A stretch of 64,000 nt of DNA from the human T2T-CHM13v2.0 reference genome, Homo sapiens. Below are positions 11,440 to 25,867 of the stretch, in pieces (positions within the stretch are counted from its first letter, which is position 1; the number at the start of each line of letters is the position of its first letter). A program made the position numbers and the translations under genes. The notes beneath the pieces were generated by a model. That model did no database searches. It was not told the DNA's origin and was given only the letters and a program-made list of their open reading frames with translations. The DNA lies in assembly GCF_009914755.1 (NCBI RefSeq), contig NC_060929.1; one strand, given 5' to 3'.

Positions 11440-14400
11440 CCCTTTAATATTGAAATACACATAAATACATAAATTTTGATAAATTATTTACAAAATGAAC
11501 ACTCACATAGAACATTACCAGGACTCTAGAGGCCTGCCTCTTACCTCTTCCCAGTCATTATCTGCCAAAGATATCTATTAATGTTATTCTGATTTCTATT
11601 ATGTTCATTTTGCTTGCTTATGACTAAATGGAATAAATAATCTTTGTTCTTGAGGGGGATCAACCTGTAACTTCCCTTTTTTAAAAATACCTTTTTCAGG
11701 TTTTGGTATAAAGATTATGGTGGCATCTTCAAGTTGTGAATGTTATTTCTTTTCTATTCTTTACAAACATCCACTCAAAGTTGTGCTGTTTCTTCTTTCA
11801 ATGTTTGGGAGTGTTCATTGGTGAAGCCATCTGGAAGTTTCTTAGTGGAAGGTTTATATTTTAAGGTTCAGTTTAATAGATATAGAACTATTCTGATTGT
11901 ACTTGTTCATGTATTGGTTTTAGTAAGTTTTATCTTTGTAGGCATTAGTCCATTTTATTTAAAATTTACATTTGTATAACATTTTTTATAATCCTCCTAT
12001 CTTGTTAGTCTACAGAATCTGGAGTGATGTATTCTTTTTTGTTATATTGGTAATGTGTACTTTTCCTTTTTTATTGGTTACCTTTTTCTAGGTCATTAGC
12101 CATTGTATTGGTCACTTCATGTAACCAACTTAGAAATTCTTTTCTATATTATAAATTTGTTTTCTATTCCATTTATTTTGCTCTCAACTTATGCATTTTT
12201 TGGGGGTTTAATTTGGTTATCTTTTTCTGGCTTCTTGAGATGGATGCTTAGATAATTAACTTTCAACCTTTCTTATTTTCATATATATTTTTTCCTGATG
12301 TTTGTTTCAGCGGCATTCCATGAGTTGTGATAAGATATATTTTCAATATTATTCAGTTCAAAATATTTTCTGGTATCCACTCTGCTTTATTATTTCATTT
12401 TAGAGGTATTTAGAAGTATATTGTTGAATAATGTTATTCCATTGTTTTCTGGCTGACATTGTATCCTTGAAAAGTCAGCAGTAAGTCTTATTTTTGATCG
12501 TTTTAAGGTAATTATTCTTTTTTTCCCCCCTGATGGTTTTAAGGATTTTTATGTCTTTGGTTTTTACCAGTTTTATGTGCTGTACCTAGGTTTGATTTTC
12601 TTTACAAATATCTTGCTTGGGGCTTATAGAGCTTTTTGAATTTGTGCCTTGATATATTTCATCAATAGTCAGCATTTCATTATTGCTTTTTCTTTATTCT
12701 CCCTCTCCACTTAGAACTCCAATTGCACTTATGTTAGGCTTTTTCCTTGTGTCTCATATGCTGTCAATGCCCTTTTCTGCATTTTTTATTCTCTTTTCTC
12801 CTCTCTGCACCAATCTAGATCTTCTCTACTCTTTCTACTAATCTTCTCTTCTGCTGTGTTTCATCTGATTTTACACTTGTTAAATTAATTTTAATTATTA
12901 AATTAATTAAATATTAATTTCAATTGTTTTAATTTCCAGCTCTAGCATTACCACTTGCTTCTTCTTTTCTTTTCTCTTTAAAATAGATTATTGTTCTCTG
13001 GTGACATTCCTTATCTTTTTACCAATTTTCTGGAGTGCATTAATCCTGATTAAATTTCCTGTCTGATAATTCTAAAATATGGGTCATCTATTGGTGTGTT
13101 TCTATTACTTGATTTTTTATCATAGATTTTGTTTATTTGTATCTGTTTGCTGATATACTTGGTATTTTTTGAGTGAATGCCTTACATTGTGTATGAAAAA
13201 TTATAGTGGCACTGGATCATGTTATCTTCTGGGAAGGATTAAATTTACTTTGGGTTAGCAGAGAGAGTATGGACAGATCATCTTGATTTAATCATGGATT
13301 AAGATGATTTTAAGTTGTGTTTCAGGCTTCGTGAGCATGTCACTTTCTGATTTACCTTATCCCTTGGGCATAGCCTATTAGGGTCTTAATTGAAAGCCAA
13401 TTCTCTGCCTTTCTCTTTGGTGGGTCCTGAACTCCAATTTCTGTTCCCTCAACTCTGTGAGACTGCCAAAATCATTGCTAAGCTTTTCAATCCTTAGAAG
13501 CTGCTTTTTAAAAAATATGTTTATTTTATCTTGTAATGAAGCTGTCTCTGACCTTCCTCCCTGAAGTATCCCTCCCACCACTGTCATTCATTTTGTTTTA
13601 TTTTTAAATGTACAGAAAAGTTCTCATATATCCTTCACCCAATTTCTCCTAATGTTAACATCTTATATAATATGGTACATTTGCCAAAATTAAAAAATCA
13701 ATATTGGTACAGTTTTTTTCTTATTGTTTTTCTTACTGTCTTAAGATCAAATGCAGGGTACCACATTACATTTAGTCATTATTTCTCTTCAGTTTCCTAC
13801 AAATGGTGACAGATTATCAGTCTTTCCTTGTTTTTCATGGCCTTAAGAGTTTTGAAGAGTGCTGGTCAGGTATTTCATAGAATGCCACTCAATTATGAAT
13901 TTGGTTTTGTCCGATGATTTTCTTTTGACTAAACTGAGGTTATGAGTTTTTGGAAGAATATCACAGAGATGAAGTGATATCATGGGGATACATGACATCA
14001 ACATAACTTATTACTATTGATGATAAACTTGATCATTTGATTTAGGTAGTATCTCTGCCAGGTTTCTCTATTATAAAGTTACAATTTTTCTATTCCCATA
14101 TTCTTTTCTTTTGGAGGTTGAGCCATTAAGTCCAGCTCACACTCAAGGAGAGGGAAATTAGCTCCACCTCCTAGAGGAGGTTATTAGCTATGTTTGCTTG
14201 GCTTCTCAGCCTCTGACCACGTGTATGTGCAGCTGAGAATTTGGCAAATGCATTATGAGGAATTGCATGCAGAATGTTGAGCTCACTTTTTCTGTGGTAC
14301 TTTTTTTTTTTTTTTGCGGGGGGATATTTGCTCCTCAATTTTTGGCTGCATTTAATTAATTTTTTTGCCCTTCCATCCCAGTGAACTAGGCCACTGCTTT

Positions 14401-14600
14401 CTGTTTTGCCCTTTTGCTCTGTATTGAGGTCAGAAAATGTCCAGAGTCAAGAAAGCACCAATTTAGGGTCCACTTTGATGTATTTTCCTTCTGTCTGGCT
14501 CTTCAAGTTATGGTTGCTCCCCATTGCCTTCAAACATCTGATGTCACTTTTGATATGGTTGTTATAGTTGTTCTCAATGTTTGTCAGATCCAAACTACTC
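11440..14600 (-). mobile_element. Old fragmented L1M (L1MC/ME-like), with an L1MC-like 3' segment at ~13590-14180
   Basis: Long T-rich tract with antisense L1 motifs (GTGAAGCCATCTGG, TTCTTGAGATGGATGCTTAG, GGTCAGGTATTTCATAGAATG). Confidence 0.7.
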
Positions 14601-14809
14601 CTTCATAGCCAGGAGGCAATGAGGAGACACTGTAGGGTCCCCATTACTCTGCACTATACCCATGGATTCCCTCAGCTGGCTCACTTTTGGTCTTTTTGCC
14701 TATCTCACCTTATGCTTTCTTCAGGGATCAGCTATTACTTTCTATTCTTTTTCTTCCATCAAGCATTTTTTTTCTCTAGCTGTCACTTCTAGTTTTACAT
14801 CCAACCTAT

Positions 14810-15283
14810 AGTTCATTCTTCACACAGTTAATGTTTGCATTGAATTGTCTTTATACTTAGAATGAAATACAATTACCCATGGGATTTATATGTTCAGCCC
14901 TGACCCCCCTTCTCTGACAACACTTCCTGCCATTCTCCCCATCTCTTACCAAGCTATAGACTTTTGTTCATTCTTGTTTCCAAGCTACAGACACAGATAT
15001 TCACACAATTGGTTCTTCTTGTAATTCAGATCTCAGTTAAAATGGTACCTCCTCGATAAAACCTCTTACTCTCCTTCCTGAAGTACTTTCCCCATCACTA
15101 TTATTCATTCTGTTTAATTTTTCTTTGCAGCAATTATCCTTACCTAATATTTGTTCATTTATGTATTTACTTTTTCATTTTAGAATATAAGCAGCACAGT
15201 AATAGGAACTTTCTTCTTCCCCAAGCTATTACTAGTGTCTGTAGTAGTTCTTGGCACATAGTAAACATTAGATGAATGAATAA
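14810..15283 (+). mobile_element. L2 3' end
   Basis: Ends TTGGCACATAGTAAACATTAGATGAATGAA. Confidence 0.7.
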
Positions 15284-15289
15284 GATTTT

Positions 15290-15500
15290 ACAAGATTTAT
15301 TTACACTGTGACTTGCACTGTATTTCATGCTTCTGATACACTCTCTCATTAAATTATCAGAATAACTCTATGGAATAGAGTCTATTATTGTCCCCAGTTT
15401 ATAGAGGAATAATGCTTAAGGCACAGAGAGAGATTGTCTTGTTCAGTTACAGCAGGTAGCTGGTGGTATTAAGACTTAACTTCGAGCCTGCACTTTTAAT
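15290..15500 (-). mobile_element. MIR
   Basis: ATTATTGTCCCCAGTTTATAGAGGA...AAGGCACAGAGAG. Confidence 0.6.
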
Positions 15501-15739
15501 CCCTAACATCATTGTTTTTAGACTTATGATCTGTATTGTTACATTTTAGATCATTAGTTATAATTAATTAGGTTTTCTATTAATTTTACATGGGGCAAAT
15601 CCTCTCAATTAAAGAATAATTTTCTTGATAACAAAATATGATCTTATTGTGGATTTCCTTTTTGTGTTTCCACCACAAGAGTTTTGAGAATTGACATCTG
15701 GATTTTTGTTTTGCTTTTTTTTTTTCACCTAGCATCCAC

Positions 15740-16270
15740 TTGTCATTCTTCTGATAACAGTATCTGGATTTTCCATGAAAAGTACCCCTCTTTCATCCTC
15801 TGTTGGTAGGATTAGCCAAAGATCTCCCATGCCTGATACAGGACTGCTCAGTTGATATGCTCCACCCCTAAACAGACACTTCCTTAGGAATAAACATGTG
15901 ACCTGAATCTATCCAATGACAGTTAATTCTGAGTCTTTTGCTGGAAAAAGATTCACTTTATTTATTTTTCTTTTAAGACTTAACACTTTGAGGATGTAAG
16001 TAGGAGAGCCCACTACTCATAAACCACACCCCCACCCACTGTAAACAAAACAAAAAATAAAGCCAATATTGAGGCACTCAGAATTGGGAGTTGGAGAGAG
16101 GTATTAACAGATGCTAGATAATATTGTTTGATTGTTTGAGCACCTTCATCCAGTCAGCCTCAAACCACAGTCTCATCTGGCCGTTTTGGTTTAGTGCACC
16201 AATTAATTTATTTTGTGCTTAAGCTAGCTTTAGTTGGATTTCTCTCACCCTTACACCCAAGAGAGCTGTG
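15740..16270 (+). mobile_element. Old MaLR LTR (MLT1J/K-like)
   Basis: TTTGAGCACCTTCATCCAG...TTTTGTGCTTAAGCTAGCTTTAGTTGGATTTCT resembles the MLT1 3' end. Confidence 0.5.
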
Positions 16271-17145
16271 ACTCATACAATGCTTCATAAATGCCTGTTG
16301 ATGGTTGATTGACTATGTGGACATGTGACTTGTACAAACCCAAGAGTGTATCTGTGTAGCCTGATGAGAGGCAAAAGGGTGTCTTGCATGACCTTGAAAA
16401 AAACCTCACCACACACCTCCCCCAGCTCTCTGCTTTGGGCCCTTGACTCTGCATGAGGTCAATCTCTTATTTGTCAGGTGGTGGTAATAACGAGCCAGAT
16501 GGAATAGTTGCTGATGCTTGGATATCAATTAGTGAAGCTCTAACTGCAGGAAAACCTCTCAGACATGTCCTAAGTGTCTTAATCTCTCAGTGGGCCTTCT
16601 CCTCTAAAGGCTTAGATAGCTGGTAATATGCTTGAGCTGTTGATCCTTTCTTTGATCACATCTTATAGGATTATTCTGAATGAAATGGTGCCGAGGAACT
16701 GGGGCTGTTATTTGGTTGTCTTGGCTCACACTTAGGCCATGTTGCTTGGCTCTGGCATTTGTTTTTCTTCTTCCTCTGCTTGTGCTGGATTGGAAGGCTC
16801 TCACCAAAGCATGTGTCTTCTGATTCCCCAGCTCTCACCAAGTTGTGTAAGTGTCAGGTTAATCTTCAAGTCTAAGAAAACAGGGTTTAATAATTCCCTG
16901 CACACCTGGCAGCAATTCCCTTTTGTTGTTATCTTGCACTTTATCCTTATGGCAACTCAGGGATAGTCAGGGCAGATGTTACAAGTTCTATTTTACAGAT
17001 GAGAAAAATGAGGGGCAGTGAGATATAGCAACAGTGTAGCAGATCTGCTCCAAGGTCAGTGCTCTCATATTATTACAGCATCTCATAACTCTGTGATTAT
17101 CCAGTTATTTCCTACAACAGATGATCAGTAATATTTCCAATGCTT

Positions 17146-17273
17146 GGCCAGGCATGGTGGCTCATGCCTGTAATTGCAGCACTTTGAGAGCCTGAGGTGG
17201 GAGGATTGAGGATTGCTTGAGGCCAGGAGTTTGAAACCAGCCTAGGGAACATAGAAACACTCCATCTCTAAAA
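17146..17273 (+). mobile_element. FLAM / Alu monomer
   Basis: GGCCAGGCATGGTGGCTCATGCCTGTAAT...GAGGATTGCTTGAGGCCAGGAGTTTG...CCATCTCTAAAA. Confidence 0.85.
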
Positions 17274-17403
17274 TGTGTATATCTCATACTTTAAGAGCCA
17301 GCCCAAACAGCACCTCTTCTATATCATCTGCACATATCACCCAGCTAAAAGAACTCTCTTCTGAACTTGCATAGCACTCTTTCCAGTATCCTTACAGTTT
17401 TAT

Positions 17404-17970
17404 TTTTATTTTTATTTTATTTTATTATTTTTTTATTATACTTTAAGTTTTAGGGTACATGTGCACCTTGTGCAGGTTAGTTACATATGTATACATGTGC
17501 CATGCTGGTGCGCTGCACCCACTAACTCGTCATCTAGCATTAGGTATATCTCCCAATGCTATCCCTCCCCCCTCCCCCCACCCCACCACAGTCCCCAGAG
17601 TGTGATATTCCCCTTCCTGTGTCCATGTGATCTCATTGTTCAACTCCCACCAATGAGTGAGAATATGTGGTGTTTGGTTTTTTGTTCTTGCGATAGTTTA
17701 CTGAGAATGATGATTTCCAATTTCATCCATGTCCCTACAAAGGACATTAACTCATCATTTTTTATGGCTTCAGACAATCAAATTACTCTGAGCTACGGGA
17801 GGACATTCAAACCAAAGGCAAAGAAGTTGAAAACTTTGAAAAAAATTTAGAAGAATGTATAACTAGAATAACCAATACAGAGAAGTGCTTAAAGGAGCTG
17901 ATGGAGCTGAAAACCAAGGCTCGAGAACTACATGAAGAATGCAGAAGCCTCAGGAGCCGATGCAATCAAC
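17404..17970 (-). mobile_element. Young L1 (L1PA2-type), 5'-inverted: antisense 3' end 17404-17769 joined to a sense ORF1 fragment 17766-17970
   Basis: 3'UTR reads CCCACTAACTCGTCATCTAGC (GAG diagnostic, not Ta); the ORF1 piece translates GFRQSNYSELREDIQTKGKEVENFEKNLEECITRITNTEKCLKELMELKTKARELHEECRSLRSRCNQ; TSD CAGTTTTAT at 17395-17403 and 17971-17979. Confidence 0.95.
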
Positions 17971-18174
17971 CAGTTTTATAAGTTTCTACCTTGTAATATA
18001 ATCATTCGTGTGTATTTTTATTTTCTCTCCTAGAATAACTAGGTAGATGCTCAGATATACCTACCATGAGCAATTCATAATTGTTTATTCATAGCATGAA
18101 CAAGTAAGTAAATGCCTTAATTAATTTTGGGGGGTTGGTGGGAGAAGGTAGAGGTGGTATATTTCAAGGGACCA

Positions 18175-18470
18175 GAATGATTGTTTCCAGAGTACTTAGA
18201 GGGCTGTTATATGGAAGAAGGATTAAATGTGTTATGTGCCATCCAAAGGGCAGATATAAGACCAATGGGTAGATGTTTCAGCTCAATATAGGAATTCCTA
18301 CAGCCAAAGCTGTTGAAAGGTGAAGGGGATATCTTCTAAGATAGTTAAGGTCTGTGTTATTAAAGGTATGAAAACAAGTATTGAGTGATCACTTTGTAAG
18401 AAGAGTTCAGAGGAGATTCAAGTATCTTAGGATGGATCGAACTTCCAGGTCCCTTTCTACTTAGACAGTA
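18175..18470 (+). mobile_element. CR1/L3 fragment
   Basis: GAGGGCTGTTATATGGAAGAAGGATTA...AAGACCAATGGGTAGA...TTTCAGCTCAATATAGG resembles the L3 3' region. Confidence 0.65.
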
Positions 18471-18567
18471 GTATTTAAGAGATCTACAGTATAAATGGCT
18501 TTTGCTTGCTCATGGAAGCAAAGCTTATACTCAAGAGGTAAATCCTCACTCATTTAATAAACATATA

Positions 18568-18790
18568 GGCAGTGGTGCATAGTGACTAAGAATGTGGGCT
18601 CTGGAATTCGAGTTCTGGATTTCTTACTTACTAATGTATGACCTTGACAAAGTTACTGAACATCTCCAAACTTTAGTTTCCTTATCTGTAAAATGATGGT
18701 AATAGTATTACTACTGGGATGTTGTGAAGTCATGCATAAGGAACACTTAACATGGTGCCTGGCACAGAGGAAGTACTCAATTGTTATTAC
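18568..18790 (+). mobile_element. MIR, near full length
   Basis: GCATAGTGACTAAGAATGTGGGCTCTGGA...TGACCTTGACAAAGTTAC...TTTCCTTATCTGTAAAATG...GTGCCTGGCACAG. Confidence 0.85.
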
Positions 18791-19529
18791 TACTAATTGT
18801 TATTATATTACTACTCAATTGTTGTTACTACTGAGGCTCTACCTCTACTCCTCCTCTCCTACCAGGAGCCCTAGCCTCTGTCTGTGTTCTGCATTTCCTT
18901 GGGGCTGCCAAAATCCTTCCTTCCTGGTAATGTCTTAGACTTCAGGCAGAAAAGGTCAGGGAGGTTCCCCCAGAGACCTTAGAGCTTGTGCCTCTGAGCA
19001 TATAGTTGACAGCTGACTGTGAGACTAGCTATCTGAGCCTTTGAGGCCTCCGGCCACTTTCCAAAGCCAACAATGCAAGATAAAAACACAATATCATTTC
19101 TCCAATCTCTTCTGGGATCCTGGTTGCTGGCACTCATTAAAGGCAGTTTTCTTTTAGATTTCAGAAGCTGTTTTAAAAGCCTGAGTCTAACATTGGGTTC
19201 CCCAAAGGCTGACAGTAGTTGCTTCTGTTTTTCCCCCAAATCTCTGACCTGAATTTCCAGTGGCTGGGTTATTAGTGCATCAACAAAACATGTTTCCTGG
19301 GAATAGAAAATCCATTCTTGTCTTTTGGTCATTTAGAGAATGTCAAGGAAAGATCTCAAATCCCCAGCACAACCTTTGGTGGAGAGCCAGGTTGCTCCCA
19401 GAGTAATTCTCCGTTCTACAAGGTTTGAGGTTTACTAACAATAGAACAAAATTTACTCAAAAACTCTTGCACAAATTCTTTCTTTATATAAGCTCCTTGA
19501 TAAGAAATTATTACACATGGCTGATACTT

Positions 19530-21250
19530 AATAAAGGTATGTTTTGTGTACTTAATATCATCTCCATTTTAAAAAAGAGAAATGAGGTAGTGTTATCATT
19601 TCTGCTTTAAAGATGAAGAGATGCAGAGGGGCAGTAACTTGCCTGCACCCAGCTAGTAAGGATTAGAGTTGAGATCCCAAGGGAGTTCTATCTGATCCTA
19701 AAGCTTGGACCATTTATGGTAAATCATGCTGTCTTCTGTTAGGAGAGCTACAGGGAAGAATTTATTATTTATAGAATAAATTTAACAAATTAACAAAACA
19801 CAGTTGCAGGCAATCTCAGATAGGATAACATACACATAGAATGAGCTAATGTATCCATCTTCATATTTAGCACTCAGGCCAACCCTGAGAAGTTAATGTT
19901 CATGTCCTTGGTTTTATAGATAGGGAAACAGACTCCAGGAGGTTAAGGAGTTTGCTCAGGAAACAAACTAGCCCAGGGAAGGAAAGCTAGGATGCAAACC
20001 CTGCTTCTTGAACAATTGGGTGATGTACTTTTTACCATGTCACAGTTGTAGCTCTATAAGAAGTACATTTAAAATATCATCCTCAAAATTTATTTGCCTT
20101 TTTAACTTTTTAAAAAGGCCTTTCAGAAATCTTAGAGTCTCTTGGTGTTCCAACAAGCTTGGAAGGGCAAGCCTTTGGTGTCCTGTTTTAGCAATGAGAG
20201 ACATGAGGCTAGGGTTTGCCTATTGTCCAACAGTGAGACAAGTGAAAAGATGGGTTAGAACCAGCTCTTCTTGCATGAAGCTCAGCTTTGGTCCTCTTCC
20301 ATTTCATTGTTTGTCCTGCCTCAGCTTCCCAGTTCCTTCAGTCATTAAGTTTCTTTTGACTACTCAGGATCTACAATCTGGTAATTTCTTGGGTCTCTTC
20401 TTTCCAGGTGTTCATTCGGTCAACATGCTGTAAGCCAGGTACCATGGCAGTTGCAGAGAAAAGAGTTTATGTGAAAACCAGTCATCCTGCTTTACTGTTC
20501 ACCTCTACACACCTTATCTCTCTCCACATAGGTGTCTATTCTACCTCATCACTCACAAACCAATTGTGTTTCATAGATGCTTATGGTAACATAAAGTGGT
20601 GCCCCTGGTGGGAAAAGGTAAATAACAGGTTCTTAGAGACAAGAGGAGTGCTTGGTATTGAGATTAAGGGATATTTGGAGGCAGATAGTATGTTTTCAAG
20701 TGTCTGTTTCATCCCTTGTGAGCTATATGACTTTAGCCAAGTTGGTTAACTCTTTGGCCTTAGTTTCCTAATCTGTTAAATGTGCCTAATTTATGGGGTT
20801 ATTGTGAAGATCACAGGTGATCATTAATATAAACTGTTTAACAAAATGAATATACTCTTCCATCATTAACTGGGAAGATAAGGTTTACATAAACACAATA
20901 ATTACAACACAAAGCAAGCCCTGTATTTTAATGACTGCAGAATCCCCAGTGCCTATCTCAGTGCCTGGCATACAGTTGAGGTTCTAGGTCCACAGCTATG
21001 GGTATCATCTATTGAATGCTTTTCTTGTTTTAGGCATGTGCTAAGAGTTTAGTGTGTATTATACAATTTAATCGCTACCAACAACTCCTCAGGGAGTATT
21101 CTGACTCTCTTGTAGATGTTGCAGATGACGAAGTTGAAGCTGAAGCCTGGAGAGTTCAAGTGACTTACCCAAGGTCACAGGCTTGTAGAATAGTAGAGTC
21201 AGGGTTTGAAACCAGGTGTATCTGACTCTCAAGCCTGTATTCACTTGCAT
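19530..21250. mobile_element. Cluster of MIR fragments (~19530-19730 -, 19870-20040 -, 20160-20290 -, 20680-20840 +, 21005-21240 -)
   Basis: Repeated MIR core motifs, e.g. GTGACTTACCCAAGGTCACAG...GAGTCAGGGTTTGAAACCAGG. Confidence 0.65.
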
Positions 21251-21377
21251 ATTTGATTTGTGATTTATTCATTCAGACAACATTCTTTGAGTATCTCCAC
21301 TGGGGGAGGTACTGAATCAAGTGCTGGGTATGCAGTAGGGAAGATGGCATAATCCATGCTCATAAGAAATTCAGCAT

Positions 21378-21724
21378 TTGTTCATGTCCTTTGCAGGGAC
21401 ATGGATGGAGCTGGAAGCCATTATCCTCAGCAAACTAACACAGCAACAGAAAACCAAACACTGCATGCTCTCACTTATAAGTGGGAGATGAATAATGAGA
21501 GACCACAGGGACACCAGGAGGGGAACAACACACACTGGAGCCTATTGGCAGGAGGAGGTGTGGGGGGAGGGAGAGCATCAGGAAAAACAGCTAATGCATG
21601 CTGGGCTTAATACCTAGGTGACGTGTTGAGAGGTGCAGCAAACCACCATGGCACGTGTTTACCTATGTAACAAACCTGCACATCCTGCACATGTATCCTG
21701 GAACTTAAAGTGAAAAAAAAAAAA
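21378..21724 (+). mobile_element. 5'-truncated L1PA (about L1PA10-13) 3' end inserted into an antisense L2
   Basis: L1 3'UTR plus poly(A); TSD AAGAAATTCAGCAT at 21364-21377 and 21725-21738. Confidence 0.92.
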
Positions 21725-23155
21725 AAGAAATTCAGCATCTGGGAAACAGACACATATGACATGGGTTGTGGGGGTCAGGGGGAAATGAGTTCAATAAAGG
21801 GAGCAGTGCAGGGGCCATGGCACAATCCTTCCCTGGACTTTCTGCCTCCTCAGTGTTTCCAAGGGGGAGGATGCAAGGTGAGAAATATGGTCACTATGGC
21901 CTGGAATTCAGAAAACACTTTCTGGAGGAGGTGGATCATAAAGAGGAGGATGTTCTCCAGAGTAAGTTTAGCCAGGGCAAAGGGGCGGGGGTGGGACTCC
22001 CTTAGGAGACAGCCTTTGGGTCTCAGCAGAGGGTATAGAGAAGAGTAGTGGGGAAGAAAGCTGGAGAGTAAAGTGAAGACCAAACTTCAGAAAGTGCTGA
22101 AGCCCAGTGTGAGGAGGTTGAAGGTAAGGTAGGCAAAGTCGAGTTAGAAATGAACACTGGCTTCCATGTGCGTGCGGGAGCTCCCATATTCCGAAGGCAT
22201 TTGCTGTAACATGGCAAGGCCACAATGAATTTGTAGCACTTTTGTTTTTTATAAAACAATCCTACGCCAGAGCAGGAAGCTATGAATTTCAGGTAGGAGG
22301 TGAGCAGGGCTAGAAGAGGTTATTTTAGACAGTGGGAGTTTGGGGGTCATCTCAGTTCACTAGGACTCAGGTATCTTGTTTCACTTCTTGCTCAGGAGAT
22401 TGGGAGCCCTCTGCAAGCCTCAAAGCTATGTGTGTTTTGGGGGTGACTATCACTGAGCAGGTATGAAGATGGGCCTTGTTTCCTGGATGATTCTGCAGGG
22501 GGCCAGTACTTCTGCCTTCATGGGAGATCCTTGGAGAGGCCCTGCTGGGCATTTTCTACAGCTGCATCGCAGCCATGTTGCCTTACACTGTGATTCCACC
22601 GACCAATTGTGAGATTATCGAGTTATTGAACACTGTGGGAACACCACAGGTGGGAAGCAGCTCCCACAAACTGCATTTGCTTCTCTGTGATTACATTGCA
22701 GTCTATAACAGAAGAACAGTCTTTATATTTATGTATAGGTTTCCAAATGAAGAAGAGAGCAAGCAGTTGAGCGTATGATGCCCTCTTCTTTCTTTCTTTT
22801 AAAAAATTACCATTGAGGCTATCCTGTTTCCATTTCCATACCAGTTCTGTGTGGCGTAAAATCGTCGGTGGTCCTGGAGAATAGGCTCTGAATTCATACT
22901 CATGTGAGGAGCTAGAATAGGACAATCAGGTTCAGCATTGAGTGTTCTTGATTTGGAGTCAGAGTTCCTCATGACACAGTTGCCCAAACGGGAACACTAA
23001 TTCCCCTGTCAAGGCTCTTCCTTAACTTTTGGCTGAAACCAGAGCGGTTGAGTGCAGTCAGTACCAGTCTCTTAGGATAACTGGGAGGATGCATATCACT
23101 GGTCAAGAAAACAGGACAGTCATCAAGACTTAAATCATGCAGTTTAGTAGACTGA

Positions 23156-23883
<728 letters not shown>

Positions 23884-24863
23884 CCTCCATGGGCCTTTTC
23901 TAGAGACCCTGGACTACATCTTCTTATCTCCCTCATGTAGAAGTGTCTAAAAATATAACCTTGAGCATCCATTGACTTAGAGAACATTCAAGAAAACAAG
24001 AAGGCTTGGATCCAAAGCCCATGGCATGATATTCCAGGCCATTCATGATTTAGAAGCCATATTTCTTTTTGGTCTTATTGCCCATTCACCCCTTTATTCA
24101 GCAGTTTGGAATGCTCTTTCTGAATTTCATGTCTAATGAAATCCTAGATACTATTCAAAGTCTCTGAAAGGCCACTTTCTTTTTAAAGTTTTTCTTGCCT
24201 CCACCCAGATGTGTCCCTCCTGCTTGTACAAATCTGTGGCACTTTGCTTGTATTATAGCAGTTTCCAGAGTGTGGGCTTCATGGGCCTTATGGCCTGGAA
24301 GATGATTTTACATAGACAAAGACCTGATATTGAATAGAATTGGATTACATGCTGAGAAAGTTAGTCCCTCTGTAGTATTTCTGACTACATCAAGAGGAAG
24401 GTGTCATGTTGGTGTCAGTATGATTTTGAAACACCTTTTTGCCCTTTGCCAGGTTTTTTTTTTTTTTTTTTTTTCAAATAAAGGCAGAAGACAAAGCAGC
24501 CCTCAGGCCCAATCACTTTGGCAGGTGATTGTAGGTAGTTAGAATTTAATAGTACTCATCTAATTATATTGTTTTTTAATTTTTTGTTTCTTTTCCCTTT
24601 TTGGGAAGTAAAATGAGTTTTTCATTTGTAAAAGTGTAACAACATGTAAAAAGAAACTTAAGTCAAAAAGTCAGTCAATGGGAAAAAAAGGTTAAATAAT
24701 AGGAGAAATTTTTTGCAGATATGACAAGTATTGTGACAGTTGTACTGCAGTGACTGAAATTTAACTGAAACAAATTATCCAGAAGTAGAATTTGTTGTGC
24801 CTCCTTTGCTCCAAGTCTGTGAGTGCGGGGCTATGCCTCATTCATCTTTGAGATATTCTAGAA

Positions 24864-25185
24864 CAGGAGTTTGCAATCTACCATCCACGGGCCAAATCTG
24901 GCCTGACACTTGTTTTTGTAACCAACCAGCTAAAGATAGTTTCAAATGGTTAAAAAAACCCAAAAGAATAATATTTCATGACACATGAAAATGACACAAA
25001 ATTCAAATTTCAGTGTCCATAGAAAAGTTTTATAGGAGCATAGTCATACCTGTTTGTTTACATTCATTTATGGCTGCTTTCATGCCACAATGGGCCAGTT
25101 GAAAAGTTTTGACAGAGACTGCATGGCCTACAAAGCCAAAAGTATTTACTATCTGGCCCTTGACAGAAAAAATTTCTGCCCCCTA
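24864..25185 (+). mobile_element. MER58B-like (hAT-Charlie)
   Basis: CAGGAGTTTGCAA...GGGCCAAATCTGGCC...TATTTACTATCTGGCCCTTGACAGAAAAA; flanked by TCTAG-type hAT target sites. Confidence 0.85.
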
Positions 25186-25194
25186 GTCTAGGTC

Positions 25195-25400
25195 ACCAGG
25201 CATGGAGTCAGGAGGTCTGAGGTTGATCCCTGGCACTTCCATGAAGTCACTGGTGACTTTGGACAAATCAAATCCTCTCTCCAAGCCTCAGTTCTCCATC
25301 TATAAAGCGGAGCTAATAGTAATACCTACTTCATAGGGCCATTGTGAGAATGTGATGCATGGGAATCTACTTTATGAACATGAAAGCATCATAAAAATTT
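25195..25400 (+). mobile_element. MIR
   Basis: AAGCCTCAGTTCTCCATCTATAAAG...ATACCTACTTCATAGGG. Confidence 0.7.
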
Positions 25401-25547
25401 GTAGAGATTTGTAGTTCCTTCTATAGTCCTAATTTTCATTTTGGAAAAGACACTGTGTACTCGTATATACCTGCTATAGCTCTTCACATTTTCTAATAGA
25501 ATCTGGAGAGTTCTCTTTTATTTTTAATTAAGGAGAGCTTATTCTTT

Positions 25548-25867
25548 TTTTATTATTATACTTTAATTTCTGGGGTACATGTGCACAACGTGCAGGTTTG
25601 TTACATAGGTATACATGTGCCATGTTGGTGTGCTGCACCCATTAACTCGTCATTTACGTTAGGTATTTCTCCCAACGCTATCCCTCCCCCAGCCCCTCAC
25701 TCCCCAACAGGCCCCGGTGTGATGTTCCCCTCCCTGTGTCCATGTGTTCTCATTGTTCAACTCCCACTTATGAGTGAGAACATGCGGTGTCTGGTTTTCT
25801 GTTCTTGTGATAGTTTGCTGAGAATGACGGTTTCCATCTTCATCCATGTCCCTGCAGAGGACATGAA
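25548..25867 (-). mobile_element. 5'-truncated L1PA (about L1PA4-6) 3' end
   Basis: Antisense L1 3'UTR; TSD GGAGAGCTTATTCTTT at 25532-25547 and 25870-25885. Confidence 0.95.

Noticed and set aside
17404-17769. L1HS-Ta (active subfamily) assignment
   Set aside because: The 3'UTR diagnostic reads GAG (CTC on +), not ACA or ACG
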